A stretch of 64,000 nt of DNA from Thraustochytrium aureum (lineage: Eukaryota): positions 62,001-126,000 of the forward strand of contig BLSG01000375.1 of NCBI GenBank assembly GCA_012862495.1, read 5' to 3'. Shown here in pieces: positions 1 through 12,486 of this stretch. The notes under the pieces are model-generated. The model did not search any database. It had not been told where the DNA came from and saw only the letters and a list, made by a program, of their open reading frames with translations. How positions within the stretch are numbered: the stretch's first letter is position 1; the number at the start of each line of letters is the position of its first letter. A program made the position numbers and the translations under genes.

Positions 1-1399
1 GCGCAGCTCAAAGGCCGGCCCTCGCTTTCGGTACTTGGCGCCAAACTGGTCTCCGAGGTATTGGCTTCGCTGCTCTGGTTGCCTGCCAATTTTGCAGCAC
101 GGGGGGAAGGCTCGCCACGGGTCGCATTCAGGCTGCTGCTTGGCGGCCTTGATGCGCTCTTTGGCGTGCGCTCGCGCCGGGGTGCGTCAGATGAGGCCGT
201 CTCTGGACCGTCTTGGGCTGCGGCTTGGGCCTGCGCCTCGCGCTTCTTTGCCAAATACGTGTCAAGGTAGAGCTGCATGTACTGGTGCATGTCTTCAGCT
301 GGCGACACACTTTTGTCCACCTGGGCTTGTCCCACGGCTTGCAGGGCTGTCCGGGAAAGTTCCGAGTCGGGCAAAGACTCGGCGCCGCCGCTTGCTGGTA
401 CTTTTCCACGATCCGAGGCGACGAGCTCTTCCTCAAGCGACGGGCGGCCGCCCGGCACTGCGCCTCCGCCAGCGTTGTCCGCCTCCTTGTCGCGCAGCGC
501 CTGAAGCAAGAGCGCGTTTTGCGATTCTAGAGCCCTGATCTTGCTCCGCAGCTCGTGCACAAGCTGCTCGTGTTTGCTGCGGTGCACGACTGGAAAGTTG
601 CGAACTTTCATCGTGCGCGAAGCGAATTGGAGCGTCCGTCCTGTCTCATGCACGTCCGCTTCCAGTTCGGAAACGCAGGCGATCATGGTGGCCATGCTAC
701 TGCCGCCAAGGGATGAACACAGTAGCTTGGTCAATGCGCTGTCGCGAAACGGAGGCCGCTCGCCCGCGGCCACCGCGCGGATCACCTTGCTCAGCGTAAA
801 GAGGCTGCGGTTGATATGCCCCGCTCGCCAGGGTCGCTGCTCTCCGTTTGTTTGAGGCGTTCCGAGCCAGCCAAGTCGCAAAAGGTCAGCTTTCCAAACG
901 TGCCCTCCTTGGCGTTTGCGAGGTAGACGAACGTGATGCAGTGGCTGCGGTTCGACCGCGCGTTGAGCCTGTGAGCGCCGACGCGGCGCGTCACCATCGT
1001 CCTCCGAAGCAGGTCCATCGCAGCGGCCTCGCTCGCGCAGTCCACAAAAGTGGCGCCCTTGACGATAAAGCCTTTCTCGCGAGCAGACCATGTCATTTGC
1101 AGATCGTTTGTGCCGCGCCGTGTCTTTTCATTTGGAGCCTCCGCGACGCCGAGCTGTTGAAGCAAATCGGACACTCTGTCGTTGTACACCTCGACGCTAC
1201 TCACCTGCACTTTGGTTGCTGCATATGCGTTCCCGTTCGCTGATTGAATGGTGTTGAACAGGCTGCGAAGGGCGCGTCCAAAGCAGCCCGACGTCCCGTC
1301 GTCTCCGAAAACAGTGTGGGTCTTGCCTGATCCGGTTTGTCCATACGTAAATATGGTCGCCGCGTACCCGCTCAGCGCGTGTTGCACGAGGCTCGCGAT
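1..1399 (-). CDS. Kinesin motor protein, KIF12/kinesin-16-like (partial: 5' part in N gap, 3' end runs off window; frameshift near 824)
   Basis: P-loop YGQTGSGKT, switch I NARSNRSH and switch II DLAGSER. After a 1-nt shift the frame continues GHINRSLFTLSKVI..PFRDSALTKLL..LGG, then a coiled coil, open to position 1. Confidence 0.9.
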
Positions 1400-2128
1400 N
1401 NNNNNNNNNNNNNNNNNNNNNNNNNNNNNNNNNNNNNNNNNNNNNNNNNNNNNNNNNNNNNNNNNNNNNNNNNNNNNNNNNNNNNNNNNNNNNNNNNNNN
1501 NNNNNNNNNNNNNNNNNNNNNNNNNNNNNNNNNNNNNNNNNNNNNNNNNNNNNNNNNNNNNNNNNNNNNNNNNNNNNNNNNNNNNNNNNNNNNNNNNNNN
1601 NNNNNNNNNNNNNNNNNNNNNNNNNNNNNNNNNNNNNNNNNNNNNNNNNNNNNNNNNNNNNNNNNNNNNNNNNNNNNNNNNNNNNNNNNNNNNNNNNNNN
1701 NNNNNNNNNNNNNNNNNNNNNNNNNNNNNNNNNNNNNNNNNNNNNNNNNNNNNNNNNNNNNNNNNNNNNNNNNNNNNNNNNNNNNNNNNNNNNNNNNNNN
1801 NNNNNNNNNNNNNNNNNNNNNNNNNNNNNNNNNNNNNNNNNNNNNNNNNNNNNNNNNNNNNNNNNNNNNNNNNNNNNGCGAAGGAAAAGAGCGAGGAGCG
1901 GTGCAATAGTCGACTTTCGGACCGGGCGATGCACTTCGCGCAAGAGCAGTCGCGGTGAGAGCGCAGCGCGCACGCGGGGCACGGCGAGCACAGGCAGGCG
2001 GTCTGGGCGGGCGGGCAGGTGTGCGCCAGGCAGTGGGGATGTCGCGCGCAGAGAAAGGTATTCGAGGGGTCGTGCGGCTCGCGGCTATTGGCACCTCGGC
2101 GGCGGGGCCCGAGCTTGACGATGCCGCC

Positions 2129-4277
2129 ATGATCGCGATGGCTGATGCTTCGGAAAGGGACGCGGTCGGCAGGGACGAGCTTAGGCACCTGCTGGCGACG
2201 CGGATTGCCAGCCCGAAGGCGCAGCGGAGGCGGGCGGCGAGACGGACGGGTCCTCAGAGGCATACGGTTGCGCAGGAGAGCGCGGCTCCGGCGGTTGATC
2301 CAGCCAACAATGCGCAGCCTGCAGTCGTAAGCGATGGTATTTCATGCAGCTCCGCAGTGCCAGTGCAGGGGGTGCAGTCCCTCAGCGAGACTGTGGCTGT
2401 TGCGCTTGCATTAGGGACAAACCTCGCGGCCTGGGCCGAGTCAGACGCCGGGTTGGTCGCGGCGCTCAAGAGCGAAAACAGGGCGCTTCGCTCCGCGCTG
2501 CGAACCCAAGCCGACGAGTCGCAGCGGTGGCTGAAAGACATGCAGGACGCCCTCCTCTCGGCGACCAACCAGCTAGCAGAGGACCAGGCCGGGTCGCTGA
2601 AGCGGATGGAGGACTTTGCGCGGTCGAGCAATTTGGAGAAGAAAAAGCTGCAAGGCCAGCTCGAGTCGACAAGGCAGCTCCTTACGCACCTCAAGCTGAG
2701 CCTGAGCGAGTCCCAGCGGTCCGTCGAGAGCCTGCGCGCAGAGCGCGACGCGGCCTTGCTCGCTCCGCCGCAGGCCGCAGCAGCTCAAGCCAAGTCAGGA
2801 ACAGCTCTAGAAGCGGACCTCCAAGCAGCGCGCGACGAGGCAGTCGAAGCAAAGCGCAAGCTAGAGGTCCTCGCTGGCGAGCTGCAAGAGCTCCGAGCGG
2901 CAAACGCTGCGCAGGCAAAGGTGATCGCGGCTGCGCAGGGCCAGGCCACTGCGGACACGGCAAGCACGAGCGCCTTGTCGCGGGAAGCAGCAGAAGCTGC
3001 CGCCGCCCGAGACCTCGCCAGCGAACGCGCCACAAAGCTGGAGGGCCAGCTCGCAGACGCAAAAGAGGTCATGCGCACAGAACGCGAGATGAACCTTCGC
3101 GCGATCCGCGTGCGCGAAGCGCGCATCAAAGAGCTGGAGGCGGAGAGGGACCACGTCGCAAGCGCTCACGCAAAAGCGCTTTGCGAGAGCGGCGTGGCGC
3201 ACCAAACGGCGCTTCGTGTGGAGCAGGACAAGGGGCGCGAGCTTGAGGCTGAAGCGTGCGCGCTGCGCGGCAAGCTCGAATCTGTCGAGCTCGCGCTTGG
3301 TGAGGCGGAGAGAAAGCTCAAGCTGAAAGAGGCGGAAAATAGCAGTTTGGGCGTCTCAGCTCTGGCGGTGGAGCGCCGGCTCGCAGATGCGCAGCGCGAA
3401 CTCGCTCAGGCCGAGTCGATGCGAAAAGAGGAGAGGCGACGGCTCCAGGGTGCTGCTGACGAGTTGGAGGACGCCAACAGGCGGCTCACGCAAGAGTTGG
3501 CGGAGCGGGTCGAGTCTCTTCGAAAAGAGCAAGACCGAGCCGAGGAGCTACAGCGCACAATTGACGAGGTCTCGCAGGACCTCCAAACCTACAAAGACCG
3601 CCAGTCCACGCTTCTCAGCGAGGAGCGCCAGCTGTTCAAGCAGCAGATGGACGACTTGGCGTTAAAGCTAGCAGCTGCCCAGCAGAGCGCCGGGTCGGCG
3701 AACGACGGCGAGCTAGACCGCCTCAGTGCAATGGCCGAGGGGTACCAGCGCGAGGTGGCCGCTCTCCACATCGAGCAGACCCACCTGCGCGAAACGTTGC
3801 AAGCCGCGTCGGCGCAGCTGGACCAGACCCGAGGTGAGCTTGACCAGTCACGGGCCGCAGCCTTGGCCGCAGAGGAGCGCGCCAAAGCAGCAGAAAGAGC
3901 CGCTCAAACGCAGCGCGCTGGCCTGCAGCGAGCGTGGGACGAGGCGCGCCACTTGGAGACGCGTGTGCACGCCAAGGCAGCCGAGCTCGTAGACCGCGTT
4001 TCCCGTGTGATGCAGGCCAACTCGGCTTTGGAGGGCGACCTCACCTGCATGGAGTGTTTGGAAGTCTACCAGAGGCCCGTCTTCCTCATGCCAGACGAGA
4101 GGCGCTGTTGCGCCAAGTGCGTGCCTGCCGAGGCAGAGGCCTCAGAGCGATACACAGTCGTGCAGGACGCCGCGCTCGACAACCTCTGCGGCAAGTACGC
4201 GTTCTTGCGGCAGTCCTTGGCCGGGCTAAAGGCCGAAGCGGCGGCGGCGGCAGCTGGCCCGCCCACCGAGACCAGCT
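2129..4277 (+). CDS. Long coiled-coil protein with degenerate C-terminal RING-like Cys motif (stop in gap)
   Basis: About 700 aa of E/A/L/R/Q-rich heptads ending LTCMECLEVYQRPVFLMPDERRCCAKC. Start codon uncertain. Confidence 0.75.
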
Positions 4278-4669
4278 NNNNNNNNNNNNNNNNNNNNNNN
4301 NNNNNNNNNNNNNNNNNNNNNNNNNNNNNNNNNNNNNNNNNNNNNNNNNNNNNNNNNNNNNNNNNNNNNNNNNNNNNNNNNNNNNNNNNNNNNNNNNNNN
4401 NNNNNNNNNNNNNNNNNNNNNNNNNNNNNNNNNNNNNNNNNNNNNNNNNNNNNNNNNNNNNNNNNNNNNNNNNNNNNNNNNNNNNNNNNNNNNNNNNNNN
4501 NNNNNNNNNNNNNNNNNNNNNNNNNNNNNNNNNNNNNNNNNNNNNNNNNNNNNNNNNNNNNNNNNNNNNNNNNNNNNNNNNNNNNNNNNNNNNNNNNNNN
4601 NNNNNNNNNNNNNNNNNNNNNNNNNNNNNNNNNNNNNNNNNNNNNNNNNNNNNNNNNNNNNNNNNNNNN

Positions 4670-6074
4670 AGAGCCACAAGCCGCTGGGGCCGCCGGCGAA
4701 AAGGGGCCGGACTGGTGGGTGCCAGACGTCCAGGCCACCACCAGCCAAGGCCAGGCCGCCGGGCCGCCGTTCGGGACGTGCATGTTTGACAAGCGCGGGG
4801 CGCCGCCCAGGATGCGCCAAGGCGCGCGGCCCAACCCGTTTGCGACGCCCGAGTCGAGCATGCCGTTCAACATCTTCATGGTGGCGAACGGCAGCCAGAG
4901 CCAGGGCGTGGCCCAAAAGGTGGCCGGCCGCAGCACAGCAGGCGACGGCGACGAGGAGGACTCGGTCGTGATGTGCCGGAGGCGGCTCAAGCGGCTCAAG
5001 AGCCTGGATCTGCCGGACGAGCTGGCCAAAGAGCTCTTGGCGACGTTAAGCCGGCCCAAAACCAACACGGAGCAGTACGGCATGCACGAGTCGCACCATC
5101 GCACGCTCTTCGAGTACGGGGTGTGCGCGAGCCAGGGGCCGCGCGTCCACATGGAGGACAGGTTTTGCGTGGTTGGCGCGCTGATGGAAGAACCGTATAC
5201 CTCTTACTTTGCCGTGTTCGACGGGCACGGCGGGAGCACTGTCGCAGAGTTTTGCGCAGCCAACCTGCACAAGAACTACCTCGCTGCGCGGGCGCAGCAC
5301 GGGCAGGTCCGTGCCGCGAGCTGCCTCGAGGAGGCTTTTTTGCGCACGGACGAGCAGGTGCGCGAGACGAACCGCAGCAACGGGGGCCGCGACGCGCTGG
5401 TCGGGACGACCGCAGTGGTGGTGATCCTCTCGCGCGACGAGTGCCTGGTGGCCAACGTGGGCGACTCGCGCGCTCTGTTGCTGCAAAAGGACTCGCAGGA
5501 GACCATACAGCTCACGCACGACCACAAGCCCAACAACCCTGCCGAGCGGCAGCGGATCGAGGCGGCCGGCGGCGAGGTGACCGAGGACAATCGGGTGGAG
5601 GGCATCTTGTCAATGTCGCGAGCTATCGGGGACAGCATTCTGAAAAAGTACGTAATCGCGACGCCGCAAGTCACCGTGCGGCGGCTGTGCCCCCGGGACC
5701 AGTTCATTGTGCTGGGTACAGACGGGTTGTGGGACTTTGTAAACAACGCGAACGCGACAAGCATTGTCAAGTTTGCCAGCAGCCCGCAGCAGGCGGCCGA
5801 CGCACTCGTGGCGGGGGCCATGAACGCCAGAAGCAACGATAATGTCACAGGGCTGGTGATAGACTTGCACAGCATGAGGGACGAAAAGGTCCTACTGGCG
5901 CAAGGGCGCGCGGAGGCAGAGGCTGCTGCTGCCGCTGAGCGCGAGCAGAGGCGCCGGCAGCAAGAGCTGGTCGACGCGCGCGGCGGCGAAGAGGAGGGCG
6001 ACGCCGGGCGGCTCGGCGCGCCTGTGCGCAAGCGACCCGCGGGGAAGCGGCCGAACCTGAAGCTGGACGTGTAG
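4670..6074 (+). CDS. PP2C/PPM protein phosphatase (start uncertain, near gap)
   Basis: Motifs RVHMED, VFDGHGG, GTTA, NVGDSR, DHKP, MSRAIGD, GTDGLWD and SNDNVT. Confidence 0.95.
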
Positions 6075-6221
6075 CAGCGGGGAGCACTTCCCAGAGAGCT
6101 CCCTAGCCAAAGCTTGTGGGGGATTTGATTGAATGCTATTGATTGATTTTTGTTTTCTCAGTAGGGTACTGTACTTACTCCGCCCGCTTGATCTTGATCA
6201 AAAAGTCGAGTAAAGGGCGCT

Positions 6222-7211
6222 CTACTCCCCTTCCTTCGCCACGATGTGCTCCACGAGGCCCGGGTCCAAGCCGAGCGCCGCGAGCTGCGCCGCGGGGCGG
6301 TCGATTTTGCTCTGCATCTTGGTCTCGTGCCACGCGCGTCGAGCCGGGTCGGCGAAGTTGGTGTCCCAGGCACGGACCATGTCGGCGTGCATGACGAGTT
6401 TGGCACGCGCCCCGCGCGGCAGGAGCCGCTGCAGTATGGTGATCGTGCAGACCTCCTCAACCCCGGCGGGGACCTCGCACAGCGACCCCCTCGCGGGCCG
6501 CCCCTCTGCGATCAGCGCGAACCCCGTCAGCGCAAGCTTGTTGACATCCCAGACCGCCAACGTGTTCCAAGGGCAGGTTCGGCCGTCGATGGCCAGGCGC
6601 CCTGGTGAGAACTTGTGGTCTTCGTAAAACGCTGCACCGCACACCAGCGTATCGCCGTCTTGCAGTTGGGCGCAGAGGCACCGCATGACACTGGGTGTGG
6701 TCGTCACTTCGAGGCTCTGCATGCAGATCCTCGCGAAGCCGAGTTGCTGCGCACACTTTACCAATGCGTTCAAGGCGGGGACGAACTTGCCCCACGGCTG
6801 GACGTGAACAACGTGGACAGCGATGTCGAACTTCGCCCCAAGCACGTTGGCAAGGCGCTCGAGCTCGGCGACGGTCGCGCCGCTCGCGCCAATGGCGATG
6901 GCAATCGCGTTTGCGGCAGCGGAAGCGCTCTCAACAAAGCGCGTTAACTTGGCGGCGTCCAGCAACTCCTCTGCGCTCTCGCTAAAGTGGATCCTTGTCG
7001 CCACAATGACGTCTGTGCGAGAGTCGGGAGCCGGGGTCTCCCTTGGCCGCGGAGCTCCGATGGCCTGCTCAGCAGCTGGAGCTGGGGTGGCGTTTGTCCT
7101 CGCCGCCCAGCCCGCCGGCGGTGCAACCTGCTTCGCCGCCGAGCTTTTCGGCGTTCCAGCGAGATCCTCAGGTGGTACGGTGTTTAGCCTCGCGCTCCAA
7201 CCGAATGGGAG
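6222..7211 (-). CDS. Conserved-looking hypothetical protein (5' end in gap), possibly GT-A-like fold
   Basis: Globular ~260-aa region with motifs PWGKFVPALNAL, GRTCPWNTLAVW, GVEEV and WHETKMQSK. The fold is a guess. Confidence 0.65.
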   Translation of the reverse strand, partial: LPFGWSARLNTVPPEDLAGTPKSSAAKQVAPPAGWAARTNATPAPAAEQAIGAPRPRETPAPDSRTDVIVATRIHFSESAEELLDAAKLTRFVESASAAANAIAIAIGASGATVAELERLANVLGAKFDIAVHVVHVQPWGKFVPALNALVKCAQQLGFARICMQSLEVTTTPSVMRCLCAQLQDGDTLVCGAAFYEDHKFSPGRLAIDGRTCPWNTLAVWDVNKLALTGFALIAEGRPARGSLCEVPAGVEEVCTITILQRLLPRGARAKLVMHADMVRAWDTNFADPARRAWHETKMQSKIDRPAAQLAALGLDPGLVEHIVAKEGE

Positions 7212-8151
7212 NNNNNNNNNNNNNNNNNNNNNNNNNNNNNNNNNNNNNNNNNNNNNNNNNNNNNNNNNNNNNNNNNNNNNNNNNNNNNNNNNNNNNNNNN
7301 NNNNNNNNNNNNNNNNNNNNNNNNNNNNNNNNNNNNNNNNNNNNNNNNNNNNNNNNNNNNNNNNNNNNNNNNNNNNNNNNNNNNNNNNNNNNNNNNNNNN
7401 NNNNNNNNNNNNNNNNNNNNNNNNNNNNNNNNNNNNNNNNNNNNNNNNNNNNNNNNNNNNNNNNNNNNNNNNNNNNNNNNNNNNNNNNNNNNNNNNNNNN
7501 NNNNNNNNNNNNNNNNNNNNNNNNNNNNNNNNNNNNNNNNNNNNNNNNNNNNNNNNNNNNNNNNNNNNNNNNNNNNNNNNNNNNNNNNNNNNNNNNNNNN
7601 NNNNNNNNNNNNNNNNNNNNNNNNNNNNNNNNNNNNNNNNNNNNNNNNNNNNNNNNNNNNNNNNNNNNNNNNNNNNNNNNNNNNNNNNNNNNNNNNNNNN
7701 NNNNNNNNNNNNNNNNNNNNNNNNNNNNNNNNNNNNNNNNNNNNNNNNNNNNNNNNNNNNNNNNNNNNNNNNNNNNNNNNNNNNNNNNNNNNNNNNNNNN
7801 NNNNNNNNNNNNNNNNNNNNNNNNNNNNNNNNNNNNNNNNNNNNNNNNNNNNNNNNNNNNNNNNNNNNNNNNNNNNNNNNNNNNNNNNNNNNNNNNNNNN
7901 NNNNNNNNNNNNNNNNNNNNNNNNNNNNNNNNNNNNNNNNNNNNNNNNNNNNNNNNNNNNNNNNNNNNNNNNNNNNNNNNNNNNNNNNNNNNNNNNNNNN
8001 NNNNNNNNNNNNNNNNNNNNNNNNNNNNNNNNNNNNNNNNNNNNNNNNNNNNNNNNNNNNNNNNNNNNNNNNNNNNNNNNNNNNNNNNNNNNNNNNNNNN
8101 NNNNNNNNNNNNNNNNNNNNNNNNNNNNNNNCAGCGAGGAGGACCTGCTCA

Positions 8152-8741
8152 AGTTTTTGGCCAACCCGGAGAGCGAGGGCAGCCCGTTCAGGATGGCGAA
8201 GATGAGGAAGCCGGAGGCGGCTCCGCCGAGGCGCGAAATCCCGAAGCGCGAACCGCGGAAGCTGGAGGAGGAGCTGCCGGCGGACCCAAGGACGCCCGAG
8301 TTCGTGCGCGAGGCGATCATGGATGCGACAGACAAGGCGCCCTTGAGGCCGGGCGACTTGTACGACCCGCTGCGCGTGCTGGCGAGCGATCAACTTCGCG
8401 CGCAGTCGCGGCAGCGCGGGACCCGCAAGGCGCCTCGCCCGGCGCGCCTCGAGGTGACCGGCATGGAGATCCACTTTACCAACGTTTGGTTTCTGAGCAG
8501 GTTCGTCTCGCCCATGGGCAACATCATGCCTCGCTGGAAAACCGGCCTGTCCCCCAAAAAGCAGCGCAAGCTCGCCAAGGCGATCAAGCGCGCTCGCCAG
8601 CTCGGTTTGATGCCCTACTTGCACAGGTACAGCCCGGGCGTGCTGGAGCAGGCCGAGGGCGAGATGGAGCCAAACCCTCTCGCGCCACCAACGCCGCCGC
8701 TACAGTCGAACGTGGTGCAGCATATGCGCCGCCGGCGCTGA
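8152..8741 (+). CDS. Mitochondrial ribosomal protein bS18m-like (5' end in gap)
   Basis: S18 core NVWFLSRFVSPMGNIMPRWKTGLSPKKQRKLAKAIKRARQLGLMPY, with an N-terminal extension. Confidence 0.9.
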
Positions 8742-8854
8742 CCCCGGCCAGGCAGCGCAGGGCATCGAACGACCAACTAACTAATGGACGGACGGACGGA
8801 CGGACGGACAGCCATGAGGGCGCTCTCTTACTCTGCTATTGCGCTCCGACCGCC

Positions 8855-9616
8855 TCAGACGCGGCCCGGAGCGAAGGCCTCCCACTCGTGCCGCCACACC
8901 CAAGTTGGCAAGTGAGCGCGCTCCTCGGCGGTAAAGTCCATCTCGAAAAACTCAATCAGCTGGTGGTCCAGGATTCGCGTGCCCTTGTTGCAAAACCGTG
9001 CGTACTCGTCGAAAACCGAGGACAGGGCAAACCCCTGCATCTTGCGCAGGCAGCCGATCACCGTGCCCGTCCTGTGCTTGCCCTTGTCGCAGTGCACAAG
9101 GACGGGGTGGTTTCGCACGTCCAGAATCTCGCGCAGCGCATTCCGGATCTCTGCCACGCTCGTCACATTGAAGGGCTCCTTCTGCCCTTCGATGGGGAAC
9201 CGCACGAGCCGGATACCGTGCTTGAGGACGAACTCGCGGTTGTCGTTGCCAATCTTGAGCGCCGTGGGCTCTTCGGCGCTCAGGCAGACCATCGTGCGTA
9301 TCCCGAGCTGGTTCAGGAACCCAAAGTTGCGGTGGTTTGGGTACCCGGACCTGTACACGCCCTTGTTGACCATCGCAAAGTTGAGCGGCGGGATCAGCAG
9401 CCGCCGCGACCGGCTCACTTGCGGCAGGTCCAAGAAGAGCTCTTCCTCGTCCTCGCTCGCCTCCGCCTCCTCGGCCGCATCGGCCTTGGCCGGGCTGTCG
9501 CTCGCGCCTTCTTCGGTCTCGTCCTCGGCCTCTGCATCTTCGTCGTCACCGCCGCCGCCCGGCAGGACACCGCCGCTATTGCCGTCCGCGCCGTCCTGGA
9601 CCTCGTCCTCCACGCC
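8855..9616 (-). CDS. PFA-DSP/SIW14-like atypical dual-specificity (inositol pyrophosphate) phosphatase (5' end in gap)
   Basis: LIPPLNFAMVNKGVYRSGYP, catalytic HCDKGKHRTG, then FDEYARF..R..D..IEFF. Confidence 0.92.
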   Translation of the reverse strand, partial: GVEDEVQDGADGNSGGVLPGGGGDDEDAEAEDETEEGASDSPAKADAAEEAEASEDEEELFLDLPQVSRSRRLLIPPLNFAMVNKGVYRSGYPNHRNFGFLNQLGIRTMVCLSAEEPTALKIGNDNREFVLKHGIRLVRFPIEGQKEPFNVTSVAEIRNALREILDVRNHPVLVHCDKGKHRTGTVIGCLRKMQGFALSSVFDEYARFCNKGTRILDHQLIEFFEMDFTAEERAHLPTWVWRHEWEAFAPGRV

Positions 9617-10249
9617 NNNNNNNNNNNNNNNNNNNNNNNNNNNNNNNNNNNNNNNNNNNNNNNNNNNNNNNNNNNNNNNNNNNNNNNNNNNNNNNNNNNN
9701 NNNNNNNNNNNNNNNNNNNNNNNNNNNNNNNNNNNNNNNNNNNNNNNNNNNNNNNNNNNNNNNNNNNNNNNNNNNNNNNNNNNNNNNNNNNNNNNNNNNN
9801 NNNNNNNNNNNNNNNNNNNNNNNNNNNNNNNNNNNNNNNNNNNNNNNNNNNNNNNNNNNNNNNNNNNNNNNNNNNNNNNNNNNNNNNNNNNNNNNNNNNN
9901 NNNNNNNNNNNNNNNNNNNNNNNNNNNNNNNNNNNNNNNNNNNNNNNNNNNNNNNNNNNNNNNNNNNNNNNNNNNNNNNNNNNNNNNNNNNNNNNNNNNN
10001 NNNNNNNNNNNNNNNNNNNNNNNNNNNNNNNNNNNNNNNNNNNNNNNNNNNNNNNNNNNNNNNNNNNNNNNNNNNNNNNNNNNNNNNNNNNNNNNNNNNN
10101 NNNNNNNNNNNNNNNNNNNNNNNNNNNNNNNNNNNNNNNNNNNNNNNNNNNNNNNNNNNNNNNNNNNNNNNNNNNNNNNNNNNNNNNNNNNNNNNNNNNN
10201 NNNNNNNNNNNNNNNNNNNNNNNNNNNNNNNNNNNNNNNNNNNNNNNNN

Positions 10250-11720
10250 ACGCGGTCCACGACTCGGACGGCGCGGCGGAGCCGGACGAACGCGGAGCCA
10301 AGGCGATATCGCTGCTCTCGCTTCAGTCGGCGACGGTGATCGCGATAGGGGCGCTCGGCATGGTCGAGTACAGCTTGGTGATGCCCTCGCTGTCCAAGTA
10401 CGTCGAGGAGCTCGGCGAATCGCACGTGTTCTACGGATGCTGCATGGGAATCTTTAGCGCGTCCCGGCTCGTGTTCATGCCGCTGTTCGGCATCTGGTCC
10501 GACCGGCGGCCCATGCTCGAGCCGCTGATCGTGTCCGTGTTTTTGAGTGTTCTCGGCAACCTGCTGTATGCAATGGCTGGCGGCCTCCAGAACGCCTGGC
10601 TTATTCTTGTGGGGCGGATGTTTGTCGGGCTGGGCGCCGCGAACGCGACGTTGTCGATGGCGTACGTCACGCGCATTACGGAGTCTGAGACGCGTACGAA
10701 GGCGCTCGCGATGCTCAACGGGATCAATCTTGTGGGCGTTGTGATCGGCCCAGCAACCAACCTGCTCGTCAACGACATCGACTTTCAGATCGGCGACAAG
10801 GTGGTGTTCAACTACCTCACGAATCCGGGCTGGTTCATGGTCGTGCTCCTTCTGGCCCTGCTCGGCGTGATGCTCTGCACGTTCGAGGAGCCGCCCCGAA
10901 CCCCGCCTGCCAGCGCGCGGCCCTCGAGCAGCGGCCAGGTCGCCGCAGAGCGCAGGCCCTCGTTTCTGCGCGCGCTGGACAGCCCGCTGTCCACGCTGTC
11001 GATGGCGGACGAGCTCTCAGAGCCGATTTTCGACGCGGAGGCCTCCTTGTTGCACGAGTCTGGAAAGGGTCGCCAGGTGTACGAGACGCTGATCGGCCGC
11101 AAGCTTTGGCTGCACTTTGTGGTTTCGTTCTGCAGCAACTTTTTGCTCAGCGAGCTCGAGGTGGCGCTGCCGGCGTTGACCGGCCGCGCGTTTGGGTGGT
11201 CGACGCTCGACAACTCGTACATGTATGCCTTTATCGGGGTGTTTGTGGCGCTCACGCTCGTCTTCATTATGGTCCTCAGCAAGCGGGTCTCGGACCGCGC
11301 ATTCATTAGCGTCGGATTTGTGGGCGAGTTTGTCGCGCTTGTGGTTGCCGTGTTTGCGCTGCGCGATCCAAAGCCGAGCTTTGGGATGTTCGTGGTGGTA
11401 TGCCTCATGCTCATCGCCAGCTGCCCCATGTCCGGGGCGCCAAACATGGGCCTGTATACGAAGCGATTGCAGGAGCGGCCCGCCTCGAGCGAGCACATGG
11501 GATTTTTTATGGGCTTTTGCAAGGGATCAACGGGGCGAGTCGCACGCTGGCCCCGCTCTACGCCGGTTTTGCGCTGACGAGCGAGGAAGACCACCTCCCG
11601 GTCTACTTGGGGCCGCTCGTCGTGGTTGTGTTCTCGTGGCTGGCCTTCATCACGAATTACTCGCACTTTGTGGCCGAGGCCCGAGCAGATGGGGCAGGGA
11701 CAGTGTCGCCTCGCCTCTGA
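10250..11720 (+). CDS. MFS transporter, MFSD8/CLN7-like (frameshift near 11514)
   Basis: Many TM helices with motifs VMPSL, GIWSDRR, GRMFVGLG, GVVIGPA and FNYLTNPGW. The last two helices (LLQGINGASRTLAP...) lie in the 11400-11720 frame. Confidence 0.88.
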
Positions 11721-11913
11721 GGAAGGACCCAATGGCGGACGGGCCAAAGTAGCCTACCTACCGCAACCTCAATGTCAACGTTTGGTTTGCCGTTAAGCAA
11801 GGTTTGCCGCATTGCATTGCCTGTGGACATCCAAGCTTGCGATTTGGGATATGTTTTGTTTTGGGGGTTGGCTGACCAGCGCGAGCAGTCCCGCATACAA
11901 GGCCAATGGAGTA

Positions 11914-12486
11914 TCAATTTGATACCTTGAACTCCTGAAGCTTGCGCTGCACGGAGGCCGGGCCGTCTGCTTCCCAGCCGTTTCCACTTATGTCGATGCG
12001 CTCGCCCATCTTGTCCAGGGTCTCTTTGAGCATGTCGCCAAACTCCTTGGCCATGTCCTCCATCCGCTGGCGCTGCTCCTGGATCTCGCCTTCCTTGGTC
12101 ACAATAATGTCCTCCTTCTCCTTCTTCATGTCCTCGATTTGCGCGTTGGCTTGCTCGAGCTTGTCGGTGAGCTCACTAACCGTGTTTTCGAGGATGTTGA
12201 TGCGGTTGAGGAGCTCTTCTTGCATCGACTTGTACTGGCGCGTCATGTCGGCAGTAATCTGGTACGTCTGCTTTTGCTCGTCTTCAAAGTCCCGCTTGAG
12301 CTCAATCACGCGGTTCTGAATCTCGCGCCGCGCAGCCAGCGCCTTGCTCGCCTCCTCCTGCCGCTCGGCCAGCTTGCGCTGCAGCGCGGCATTCTCCGCC
12401 TGCAGCAGTTTGGCAACCTCCATCGGCGTCAACTCAGCGCCATCGCCGCCGGCATCGCCTTTGCCCTTGCCCTTCGCCTTGCCCAT
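11914..12486 (-). CDS. CCDC153: Dynein regulatory complex subunit DRC12/CCDC153-like
   Basis: 190-aa coiled coil with K/G-rich N-terminus, DMTRQYKSMQEEL motif and EFGDMLKETL. Confidence 0.8.
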   Translation of the reverse strand: MGKAKGKGKGDAGGDGAELTPMEVAKLLQAENAALQRKLAERQEEASKALAARREIQNRVIELKRDFEDEQKQTYQITADMTRQYKSMQEELLNRINILENTVSELTDKLEQANAQIEDMKKEKEDIIVTKEGEIQEQRQRMEDMAKEFGDMLKETLDKMGERIDISGNGWEADGPASVQRKLQEFKVSN

